A stretch of 62,238 bases of DNA, counting the filler. It is 13 parts of 13 records of this genome, joined end to end, with 100 filler letters (N's around TTAATTAATTAA, not from the genome) between each part and the next. Parts side by side here need not be neighbours in the genome. Positions count along the whole stretch, not along the records: positions 10,321 to 17,014 come from SRR15195285_10506; positions 17,115 to 25,704 come from SRR15195285_10510; 11 more parts are not named here. One strand, 5' to 3'. Numbering within the stretch: position 1 is the first letter of the stretch; every line of letters begins with the position of its first letter. The translations under genes and the position numbers were made by a program. Positions 10,321 to 20,100 of this stretch are shown piece after piece. The notes below the pieces were generated by a model, which saw only the letters and a list, made by a program, of their open reading frames with translations, searched no databases and had not been told where the DNA came from.

Positions 10321-12792
10321 TATTCGGCGTTGATTATCATAGCGATCATCTTCATGAATGTCTTTTTGGCTATGGTAATGACTTCGTGGGAAAACCTTGA
10401 CCAGCTTGATGAGGAGCACGAATATCTGATCCCTGTGTCGCAGACACTCCTCGGCCATGATCTGCCGATGATGCTGCACATACCAACATCCATCATCACC
10501 GATCTCATCAATGACATGCCAGCGCTTGTCGATGGTCACGAGAAGGAAGATATGACACCAGAGGAGCTAGAGCAAGTGATGGAAGACGCTAAGGTGTCGG
10601 AAAAACAGCAGACAATCATTTCCAGTTGGTTCTGGGCTCATCCGACAACGGAGCAGATGCTCGCGTCTTCACCGTCACAAAGTGACGACGTTTACGCTGC
10701 ACCGATGCGTAGAGCTCCGCGGAACCGAAAACACAGGAGGAATTTGTCAGAAGACATGGACACTCTTCGTCAGATTTACGTCGAGTCCGAACATGACCGT
10801 GATCCCGCAGCAAAGCCGCGAAAGTGGCTTGTGGCTGAGCTGCGCAACATGCGACAGCGACATGTTTGGATCCAAGAACTGTGTCATTTCATACTGTTCT
10901 CGGTGGTTTACGTACTTGTCCTTTTCCGGGAGCGAGACACGGCGGCGATGCACGCCATAAACAGATTAGTGGAGCAATCTCTCGCTGGTCTAGAGAACAA
11001 CGCGGGGATTGATTTCAATAAGATTGCAATCATGGATGATGTCTTCACGTGGCTAGATGAAGCGTTCATTCCAGCAATTTACGATGACTTATGGTATAAT
11101 GGTGATCGCAAGGAGCTGATCAACCAACACACGTTCGGTCCTGGCCATACGAGAATGATCGGTGGTTGGCGCATCCTACAGAACCGCTATTCAGAGAATG
11201 GGACCTCGTGTTATGTCGGGCGTTTTCACCGGCTGCGCCCAGTGTGCGTGACAGATGAACTCGACAAACTATCCTTTGGGCCTGGTGTCGGCAACACCAT
11301 CGTCTCATCAGACCCGAACGATGACCCTGCAATCTTCAGTGAGGTTTCTCAAAGTTTCAAGTACGCATGTGACCAGCCACTCGGGCGTGCCGTTGGGAGC
11401 AAAGACTGTGGGTACATGCTCCATGCGACGTTTGCCAACAACTCCGGTATTATGGAACAAGCAAAAAATAAGGTGACAATGCTCAAGAAGTATCGATGGC
11501 TTGACAGACAGACTAGAGCGCTGCGGATCGGTATGACGTTGTACAATGATAATATGAAGCGCTGGATTTCTGTCGAACTGATTCTCGAAGTCAGTCGGGC
11601 AGGCGGCGTCAAATCGAGCCGGTCGGTGGATGTGCTGCACCTGTCCCCCTTCGACTCGCAGGGTTGGACTGCCCAAGCGTCCTTTGATTTGATACTGCAA
11701 ATATGTTTCGTCATACTCACGGTGGCGTACATCCGTGATGTGGCATACAAGCTCAAGCATGCCACGACGGCAACACGAAGGGCCCGATTTCATCACAACA
11801 CAATGTGCCACCCAGCACAGTTCGGGCTCGAACTAACGTGTCTTGTTTTATCCGTTGCTGTCATCATTATGTGGATATATTTTTTGAGCATGGATTTTAG
11901 CAGGCTTCATGAGTTTGGGCTTTCCGGAGAAGAGAAAGGAGCGGATGCCAAGGGTTATATATACCCGGACGTAACCGCAGCAGTCGACTGGGAAATAAGT
12001 TGGACTAGTCTGAATGGTGCAAATGTAATGCTGCAAACGCTGCGTGGCATCACATATTTCCAGCTCAGCAAGTCAGGTAGCCGGCTGATGGGTGCAGTTC
12101 ATCGATCTGGGCCACAGCTCGCAAATTTCATTCCCATTTACATGGTGGTAATATGTGGTTTTGCTTTCTCTGGCCATCTCATGTTTGGAATTCGGGACAG
12201 CGACTGGAGTCTCTTTGCAAACGCTTTCTACAACGTGTTCAATATGCAGGTGAATCTATTCTCTGCGTTCGAAGTGTACGATAAGTCACGATGGTCCGTG
12301 TTCTGGATCTACACCCTTATGGTGCTCTCTGTCGTAATCCTCACAAATGTGTTTGTAGCTATCATTATGGCTACTTGGGACGAGATTGGTGAAGAAATTG
12401 ATGCAAAGCAGCACGAAGTCGAACGAGACCTACGGAAAGACTGTCAGCTTCTGCTTGTCCATTCATCAGAATGGAAGAAAGCGGCAGATGCGCTCGAAGC
12501 GTCTACCCAGCAGTTTTTGACTGAGACCGAGGTAGTGAATATCATCCAGCCCGTAGTCCAGCAGCACTGCAAGCCAATCTTGGCACAACTGTGGGACCAA
12601 CGTGATCAGGATGGTGTGAGGAGCATAGTTCAGCCAGCAGCATTGCTGTCTGCAAGATCGCAGGCGCCTGCTGCACGCGGGAGCAGCTTTGACACCCCAC
12701 ATAGTATGGAGGGCGACGACAACGGCGCGAAGAACCTGGAGGATAACCTTGCGGCAATATCTTTCTCGCCGCCAGCACATCAGCAGCCATAG
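10321..12792 (+). CDS. Polycystin (PKD2/TRPP-like) cation channel, 5'-truncated, apparently with a second upstream channel repeat
   Basis: S1 (ELCHFILFSVVYVLVLF), polycystin loop motifs FTWL...IP.IY, IGGWRILQNR and WLDRQTRA...TLYN, then S2-S6 ending ILTNVFVAII. The N-terminal IFMNVFLAMV looks like another S6. Confidence 0.85.
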   Translation, partial: YSALIIIAIIFMNVFLAMVMTSWENLDQLDEEHEYLIPVSQTLLGHDLPMMLHIPTSIITDLINDMPALVDGHEKEDMTPEELEQVMEDAKVSEKQQTIISSWFWAHPTTEQMLASSPSQSDDVYAAPMRRAPRNRKHRRNLSEDMDTLRQIYVESEHDRDPAAKPRKWLVAELRNMRQRHVWIQELCHFILFSVVYVLVLFRERDTAAMHAINRLVEQSLAGLENNAGIDFNKIAIMDDVFTWLDEAFIPAIYDDLWYNGDRKELINQHTFGPGHTRMIGGWRILQNRYSENGTSCYVGRFHRLRPVCVTDELDKLSFGPGVGNTIVSSDPNDDPAIFSEVSQSFKYACDQPLGRAVGSKDCGYMLHATFANNSGIMEQAKNKVTMLKKYRWLDRQTRALRIGMTLYNDNMKRWISVELILEVSRAGGVKSSRSVDVLHLSPFDSQGWTAQASFDLILQICFVILTVAYIRDVAYKLKHATTATRRARFHHNTMCHPAQFGLELTCLVLSVAVIIMWIYFLSMDFSRLHEFGLSGEEKGADAKGYIYPDVTAAVDWEISWTSLNGANVMLQTLRGITYFQLSKSGSRLMGAVHRSGPQLANFIPIYMVVICGFAFSGHLMFGIRDSDWSLFANAFYNVFNMQVNLFSAFEVYDKSRWSVFWIYTLMVLSVVILTNVFVAIIMATWDEIGEEIDAKQHEVERDLRKDCQLLLVHSSEWKKAADALEASTQQFLTETEVVNIIQPVVQQHCKPILAQLWDQRDQDGVRSIVQPAALLSARSQAPAARGSSFDTPHSMEGDDNGAKNLEDNLAAISFSPPAHQQP

Positions 12793-13018
12793 ATGCATTT
12801 TCTTTGCTCGCTGCACAGCACAGCTGTTGCATTCTGGAGCCATTTTGAAACGAGGATCGTTGTACGGACTGTGCAATGGATGCAGTGAGTGCGATCAGTG
12901 TTGCACATGCGGTTTCAACGTACTCCGTAGTCCTTGCGACCTGTATTGCCTACAAAGTATACACTATGTACCACCGCTGCCAACCAACACAGGATAATGC
13001 AGATGCTGTAATCGTGCG

Positions 13019-13909
13019 TCACTTCATCTTCAACTTCATCACACTCGCCGCAGCTTTGAGTGTCTTTTTGCCCTTTGATTTCCCTTTTACACGCGTCAAA
13101 AACATTGGAACTAGCTCGTCTTTAATGAACTCGCTTACCATCTCGGCAAAGATGTCGTCCTCTTGCTCGTTACACGTGAGTCTTTTCTTTGTTCGCTCTC
13201 TCTCAGCTGCACACACTCAAGGAATTCATCGTAAACAAGTTCTTCAGCCGAGTTTCCGTCACCGGTATCCACAATATCGTAGAGATCATCGTTCATATTC
13301 ACCTTTACAAACACTGCGGTAGCAGTACGCACAGTACTGACGCCATCGAAGAACCCGCATTCACGCATGAGTTGCTGCCACTCAATCATATTTATCGTGT
13401 CCTGCTGTGCCCCGTCGAAAGCTGTCTTGTCAGCAGCAGCGTAATGCGTGAAAATTTGCTTGAGCGACGCGTCGTGTGTCTTCAAGACAGTTGACATCGA
13501 GTCGGACAACATCCGATCATCAATATCATCATGTAGCTGTTGGAAGCATTTGTGTGCCTTAATTTTCTACTCAATCAAGATATTAAAGCGATTTGCAAGG
13601 CCGGTCACTTCTCGTTTCCAGTGATAAGCTACCCGTATGCAGCCTTCTGCGAACTCATGGAAGACCATCTCGTCCTCGTTATCTGCACGGTCATCCTTTT
13701 GCGTAACACGATTCTTCAATGAGGTGAAGTCCTCTTCTTCTTTCTTATCTTGGTTCGCACGGAGGAAAATGAGTGGCAGCTCCGATGAAGATAAACCAGG
13801 TTGCTTTGCCGAACCGAAGCCAGAGTCTTTGCAGAAACGTATCCACTGTGACAGGTTCATCGAATCGGATGCTGCTGCATCGGTTGCGCCACCCTCAACG
13901 CAATAGTAT
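13019..13909 (-). pseudogene. Disrupted EF-hand-like (flagellar-type) protein gene
   Basis: Two EF-like units (MNLSQWIRFCKD...EMVFHEFAEGCIRVA; LKQIFTHYA...INMIEW...LVYDEFLECV). In-frame TAG at 13567-13569, frameshift near 13210, and no clear 5' exon. Confidence 0.55.
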
Positions 13910-13917
13910 CTAAGCAG

Positions 13918-14640
13918 ATGCGGGAGAAAATTAGGTTGTGCGACGACACGGGCCGGATGATCTACAATTGGCTTGGAGAGGCGACGCTCTTCGATATCTG
14001 CCGCCGCAATGGCGTGCAGATGACGTGTGTGTGGGGTGGGTGGAAAGAGACGAAGGCCACTGCAGGGCTCCTTCTAGACAAAAGCGAGTTTAGCAAGTTA
14101 ACGACGCAGCAACGGGCAGAGCGAAAGGCGAAGATGAAGGAAGAGTGGGAGAGGACTTCGGTGGCACGCCATGACGGCCAGCGCGACCGCAGGCAGTTTT
14201 TTACGGTTGATGCACGAGAAGGAATGGTGGCGAAGTTTACATTTCAACCGGGCATCTACTTTGGTGGTGAAGACACTGGGTCGTTCTCGAAGGAGGTCGT
14301 CTTCACAGGCAGGTCCCCCACAGAGATACGCCTCCACTTGGGCTGCCTCAGCTCCACTAGGCCAACAGATCGCGAGCGCTTCCGGAAGCGGGGTGGTGGG
14401 TCGCTGACGGCCACCCTCAACCAAGCTCACGCAGCGTTTGAGACGCAGGGTGCTGGAGCCCCAGGTCGACACCCCATCTTGAGCTTGGCCTGGCAGGCAC
14501 AGAAAGCGCGCAGTATGCACGACTTCCTCGTGGGAGTGAGGGACGTTGCAGGTGGCCTCAACGTGCACGTCGCCATCAAGGAGGCGAACAACAGTACAAC
14601 GAAGTGGTCGTTCCAGTCGCAAGGATTCCGTGAGGGATGA
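13918..14640 (+). CDS. Hypothetical 240-aa protein, opposite strand to both neighbours
   Basis: ATG-to-TGA ORF with protein-like composition, including a charged helix (QQRAERKAKMKEEWER). No family recognised. Confidence 0.45.
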   Translation: MREKIRLCDDTGRMIYNWLGEATLFDICRRNGVQMTCVWGGWKETKATAGLLLDKSEFSKLTTQQRAERKAKMKEEWERTSVARHDGQRDRRQFFTVDAREGMVAKFTFQPGIYFGGEDTGSFSKEVVFTGRSPTEIRLHLGCLSSTRPTDRERFRKRGGGSLTATLNQAHAAFETQGAGAPGRHPILSLAWQAQKARSMHDFLVGVRDVAGGLNVHVAIKEANNSTTKWSFQSQGFREG

Positions 14641-14853
14641 GCAGAAGCTGTCCTCAATGAGCACATTTGATGTGGAGTCTGGATCCTATCAACCCGTACG
14701 TCATGCAGCAACAACTCACAATACGATACAACAGTTACTTGCACGGAGAAAGAATCAATCTGTTTGAGTGGCAACATCGCTCAAAGTCATATTCGTGCAC
14801 AACTTTTACGAATCCACCGGTGTTCCTGTCCACCACTCGTGCTCGCTCGAGGT

Positions 14854-16887
14854 CTAGTTGGGCACCCGCTCGTTTGCTTTGGCTCCGGGTTCAGGGGGGG
14901 TCAGTGGTTGCTTGCTTCGGAAGCCATCAGAGATGGAATCGCTAAAGTCCGTATTGATTTCACGCCACAGTCGATGGTACAGCTTCTTGTAGCGCGAGTC
15001 AGTCGCACAATACTTCAGTGCCTGTGATACGGAGCGAAGCGCTTCGTATTTTATTCCCCTGCGTTTTGTTGCCTCGCTTGGATCCTCAACTTTGTCTATG
15101 ATGTGTACAGCACGCGAGTGCAAAGCCAGAGCTTTACGGTAATGGGCTTTGGCACTGCCAAGCGGGCTATCTACGCTCATCTCAATTGCTCTGTTGGCAT
15201 CGGAAAGAGCCGCATCAACGTCACCGGCCACAAGATAGTAAAACGAACGCTGCTCAAGTAGTTTAGCTGCTGCCTCAGATGTGCCGGGTCGGTCTTCACC
15301 ACGCCGAGCGCGCTGGTCTGCAGTACACTCAACACCACTGTGCCGGTCAATCGCAACAGTGAGGCTGTCAACTGCTGCAGCCAAGTCGCCTTCACGGAGC
15401 TTCGAATTTGCGAGTTTTGCATAACTGTCTCGTTCAAAGGACAGCTCTCCACTGAGCTGTGCCCACAGCTTCTCCTCGTCTCTCGGTTCTCGCTCAGGAG
15501 GTGGTCGGTGCGGTGGCATCGGTAGCACTTTGTAGTCTCGCGGAGGGCCTGGATATGTCTTCCCCATGACTTCTTGAAGCAGCAATTCAACTTCTGGCTT
15601 CTGCAGGTGCCGCGGCGACATGCGACCACGTCTTTGCTTCCGGCGGTGACCTCGGACGCTGCCTGTGGGGCTCGAACCGCAGTGGCTCCGAGCAGACTGC
15701 GTCACAGGGGAAAGCACTGACATCCTGTCGGCAGTGCTTGGCCTCGAGCTGGCGATAGACAACCCAGTGCTTATGTACGGCCGCACCACAGGGCTGGAAG
15801 AACTACTCGTCCTAGGCCGTGCCGGTGGGGCCACGGGACGTACCTGCAATTCGAGCGACGGGTCGATGCCTTTCCATTCGTCACCCACACCCCAATCGCT
15901 TGCAATGCATCCAACACTTGGTGCTGCAGATGACATACTCACAAAGCTCTGAAAGCTCCAGTTGCTTGTGCTGGCAAGGCTCGGCATCGGCCCGATCGGC
16001 AGACTGAGGGATGCAGACGAGCACGTGTTGCTATCGGGCGGCACCAGCTGCTCAATGAAAAAGTCGATAAACTCGTCTGCAGTTACCTCCTCGTGCTCAT
16101 CAAATGCAAGGCCAAAGCAGTCTAGTACCATTTTGCACGTCTCAGCTGGGAGCTCCAGGGCGTTTGAAATTGCGTCACTGCTCAGCTCACTGAGGAGCAG
16201 CTTTCGGCTCGAACTCATTGTCCCATGACTGGCTCGCTGGAACAGCATTCTCAACCGGCCCTCAACGTCGACCACTTCGTCGTCCAGTGGCGCGGATGGT
16301 GATTGGTCAGGCTTACTCCATCTCCGCAGCGTGCTGTTCACGCTGGACTGCGGGAAGCTGCTTGTGCAGGCGGTCGAAACTGCGCCCACATACTCTGCTG
16401 AGTATGGCTCACCCGGCCGTGGGAGTCGATGGGCAACCTGCCGCGCTAGATGCAGCTCGTGCTGGTATCGCCTGGCTTTGCGCCGACGCTCGTTCTCCGT
16501 CGCCCGGCGCACTCGCTCGAGCGACTGGGGATCGCTAAGAAGCTGCTTTGGGTCTGAGTATGCCTTGCTGGGCGGGGGCAGCGGCTCAGGTGCTGCCGTG
16601 CTCCGCTCAGGCGTCGGCGGCGCCAGCCTCTGGGCGAGTGGGCCGCGTGGCGGCGGCGCGCGAGCTGCCCGGCCCGCGTACCCGGGCCGCCTGCGCGGGT
16701 CCGGTGTCGTTTCCCCCAGCAGGACGGGCTTCCAGCGTTCTTCCCAGGTCCTGAGCTCGACCTCGCTCGCGCTGCTGTGCGGTTTCCGGTACTGAAACAG
16801 AACCGTCGTCGGGACCCGCCTGTCCAGCGCCTCGCGCAGCTCGCGCTCTGTGGCCGGTCGGTCGGCGTCGGGCCGGCTTCGTCGCAA
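14854..16887 (-). CDS. TPR-containing protein with long Pro/Ser/Arg-rich N-terminus (first exon probably missing)
   Basis: 677-codon frame starting after a TAG acceptor. C-terminal TPR-like helices (GDLAAAVDSLTVAI; RSFYYLVAGDVDAALSDANRAIE; KAHYRKALAL). Confidence 0.7.
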   Translation of the reverse strand: MRRSRPDADRPATERELREALDRRVPTTVLFQYRKPHSSASEVELRTWEERWKPVLLGETTPDPRRRPGYAGRAARAPPPRGPLAQRLAPPTPERSTAAPEPLPPPSKAYSDPKQLLSDPQSLERVRRATENERRRKARRYQHELHLARQVAHRLPRPGEPYSAEYVGAVSTACTSSFPQSSVNSTLRRWSKPDQSPSAPLDDEVVDVEGRLRMLFQRASHGTMSSSRKLLLSELSSDAISNALELPAETCKMVLDCFGLAFDEHEEVTADEFIDFFIEQLVPPDSNTCSSASLSLPIGPMPSLASTSNWSFQSFVSMSSAAPSVGCIASDWGVGDEWKGIDPSLELQVRPVAPPARPRTSSSSSPVVRPYISTGLSIASSRPSTADRMSVLSPVTQSARSHCGSSPTGSVRGHRRKQRRGRMSPRHLQKPEVELLLQEVMGKTYPGPPRDYKVLPMPPHRPPPEREPRDEEKLWAQLSGELSFERDSYAKLANSKLREGDLAAAVDSLTVAIDRHSGVECTADQRARRGEDRPGTSEAAAKLLEQRSFYYLVAGDVDAALSDANRAIEMSVDSPLGSAKAHYRKALALHSRAVHIIDKVEDPSEATKRRGIKYEALRSVSQALKYCATDSRYKKLYHRLWREINTDFSDSISDGFRSKQPLTPPEPGAKANERVPN

Positions 16888-17114
16888 CTACCGACAGTGC
16901 AAACGGCATCGACTCTCAGGCAGCGGCGGCGGCGGCGGCGGTGGGGAGGACAGATTGCACGCGCGCGCGCGAGCACACACACATAGAGAGACAGAGAGAG
17001 AGAGACAGAGAGAGNNNNNNNNNNNNNNNNNNNNNNNNNNNNNNNNNNNNNNNNNNNNTTAATTAATTAANNNNNNNNNNNNNNNNNNNNNNNNNNNNNN
17101 NNNNNNNNNNNNNN

Positions 17115-20100
17115 TTCGTGTGAAGAGCAGATTGCTATGCAGGGTATAGTGGCGCAAGACTTTGCAGAAATGGGCTTTCCTGCCGACTTTGCATCCGTAG
17201 TGTGGCTCGGGCAGTTTGGAGAGTCGTGCTGCACCGACTACGCCCCCCCATCATTCGAAGGGTCCTGCGACTTTGATGTTGACGTCTATGTGAGTGACCC
17301 TGTGCTCTTGCGTCTTTTTCAACTAGACGATTGCCTCATGGCTTGAGATGACATTCGTGGCTGACTCGCGTTTATGTTGGTGTGTAGAACGACATTGTGG
17401 TGTGCGACGCAGATGAGGAGTGCGATATGGACCCTCTGATTGCGCAGCTGACCGTGACCTGTCTCCAATGCTTGATTGACAATGACAGCAGCAGCTCGGG
17501 CGTGCCGCCGATCGAGCCGTGCCTGTCTGATCGTTGCGAAGGTGCTGAGAACGACTGTGATCCACTGCATGCCCTGTGCATTGCCACCGGTCCAGGGACG
17601 CATGAATGTCGCTGCGCCCACGGCTGGAACACTACAAACGATGGCCGTACCTGTCAAGACATCGATGAATGTGCAAGTACTCCGTGTCAAAACGGAGGGC
17701 ATTGCTACGAGTCTTCTTGTGCGAGCAGCACATATCCGGAAGGCACACCATGTGATCCCTCCTTGCCGGGGGAGTCGGGTGTCCCAGTCGGAGATTATCG
17801 TTGTGAGTGTGCACCTGGATTTGCAAACGGTCAGTGCGCAGCCGGTTGGGACGCACATAGCGTGATGAGGAGCCATTACTTCGAGCTGTGTACGCACACC
17901 CATGGTGGCTTTTGTGACGTGGACATAAACGAGTGCATCAGCAACCCATGCCAGAACTCTGCAGAATGCTTCGATTCCCGAGCAGGTATTGAGCGCGATA
18001 TTATCACAGATGTGTCCGCATCTGCGTACAAGTGTGCCTGTCAGCCCGGTTTTGCAAACGGTGTGTGCAATTCAAGCTTAAGTCGGTATGAGACTGCGTG
18101 CAGCGTGTCCGAGAGTACGGCATCTCCCATCCTGAACGGAAATTGTAACATGGACATCGACGAGTGTTCAAGCACTCCGTGCCAGAATGCAGCTGCGTGC
18201 GCTGACTCCTCGACGATATCAAACATTAGCTTTGATGCATTCAGGTGCACCTGTAGAACCGGCTACGCAAGCGGATACTGTTTGCATAATTTGATTGACG
18301 AGTACACGGTTCTATGTGAAATGATGGAGTCCATCGCTCTGCCTTATGGCCAAGGACTATGTCAAGTCGACATAAATGAGTGTGATAGCAACCCGTGCCA
18401 GAATGGTGCTGTATGCTCAGACTCAACAACTGACGCCACGGTTTCTGTTTCCGCGTATCGCTGCACCTGTGCAGATGGTTTTGCGAGCGGCACGTGCGAG
18501 TATGCATTCCTTCCAGACTATACGGATGAGTGCACGATACTCGACACTGCGTCAGCTGCTGTACCAGCGACTGGCAACTGCGAGCTTGATGTTGACGAGT
18601 GTTTGAGCGACCCGTGTCAGAACGGAGCTGCATGCATAGACTCGAATAGCAACAGCACACAGCCCGGGAATGCTTACGAATGCGTTTGCCCTGCGGGGTT
18701 TGGCGATGATAACTGTGACCGGGATATTGATGAATGCAGCAGTACACCCTGCATGAACGGAGGCATTTGCGCTGAGTCAAATGCGAAAGATTCCGTCACC
18801 ATTGGGTCTTTTCAGTGCACGTGCAGGCCTGGTTATGCGAGTGGCGTGTGTGAGTACCAATTCATCACCGAGTACACCGCAGAGTGCACGATTACTGAGA
18901 GTAGCGAAAATTCCACCCGCACTGATGGCAACCGTATCACTGTTCTTCAAGGAAGATGCGAGATTGATGTGCACGAATGCAGCAGCAACCCTTGCCAAAA
19001 CGGAGGTCTGTGCGGCCAAGACTCTGCTGGAGATGACGGTACTTGCGCAACCCCGAACGCTTACAGTTGTGACTGTCCGCCAGGGTGGTTCGGGCAAAAT
19101 TGCGAGATCAACAACCCGGTGTGCTCTTCGGAACCATGTAAGAACGGTGCTCATTGCACCGCGTCTGGGAATTCTTACAACTGCACATGCACCCCGGGGT
19201 GGACGGGCCCAACTTGCACAAGCAATGTCGACGATTGTGCTGAGCAGTGTGTCAATTCAGGCGTGTGTGTCGACGGTATCAACTCGTACTCGTGTGTTTG
19301 TGCTGCTGGATACACAGGCCTCAATTGTGCTGAGAATGTTGATGAGTGCATCTCAAACCCATGCCAGCACGAGGCTATATGTGCCGAAGGGGTAAATGCG
19401 TATTCATGCATCTGCGTTGCCGGATTCGACGGTGACAACTGCGAAGTTGATATCGACGAGTGCTCCAGTGGGCCCTGCCAGAACGGGGCGAATTGCATCG
19501 ACTCTACGGTAGTCGGCGTGAGTGTGCCGTTTGGAGCATACCGGTGCGAGTGTGTGGTCGGATACAGTAGTGGAAAGTGTAACTATGTCAATGAGGTTTC
19601 TGGTGGTCCCGATGACTATGACGAATTGTGTAGCATTGATTCGTCGATGCAAGATGGTCTCCTCGACGGTGCAGGTAACTGCGCTATGGATGTAGACGAA
19701 TGTGTCAGCAACCCTTGTCAAAATGGCGCTGAGTGCAGTGACTCGACAGTTGATCGAAGGTTGCAACCTGGCGGATATCGATGTGCCTGTATACAAGGAT
19801 ATAGCTCCGGTATGTGTGACTACTCTCTCCGTACCCCGACTTACACAGCAAGCTGCACAATTGCTCTATCATCGGGCATGGACGCGGCACTAGGGATGGG
19901 CAATTGTGAGGTGGACGTGAACGAGTGTGCGAGCAGTCCATGCATCAACGGTGCCACTTGCTCGGACTCAACTGATGCCAGTAGTGGCGTTGCAATTGGT
20001 GCTTACGCCTGCAACTGTCTGGATGGTTTCGCAAGTGGTGTATGCTCGTATGAGTATATTCCACAGTATGCGGACCAGTGCAGCATCCAGAGTTCAACCC

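Noticed and set aside
13567-13569. In-frame TAG as evidence of stop-codon reassignment
   Set aside because: TAG ends several otherwise complete genes here (1610, 1755, 4938, 7130, 12792), and the same gene also has a frameshift.
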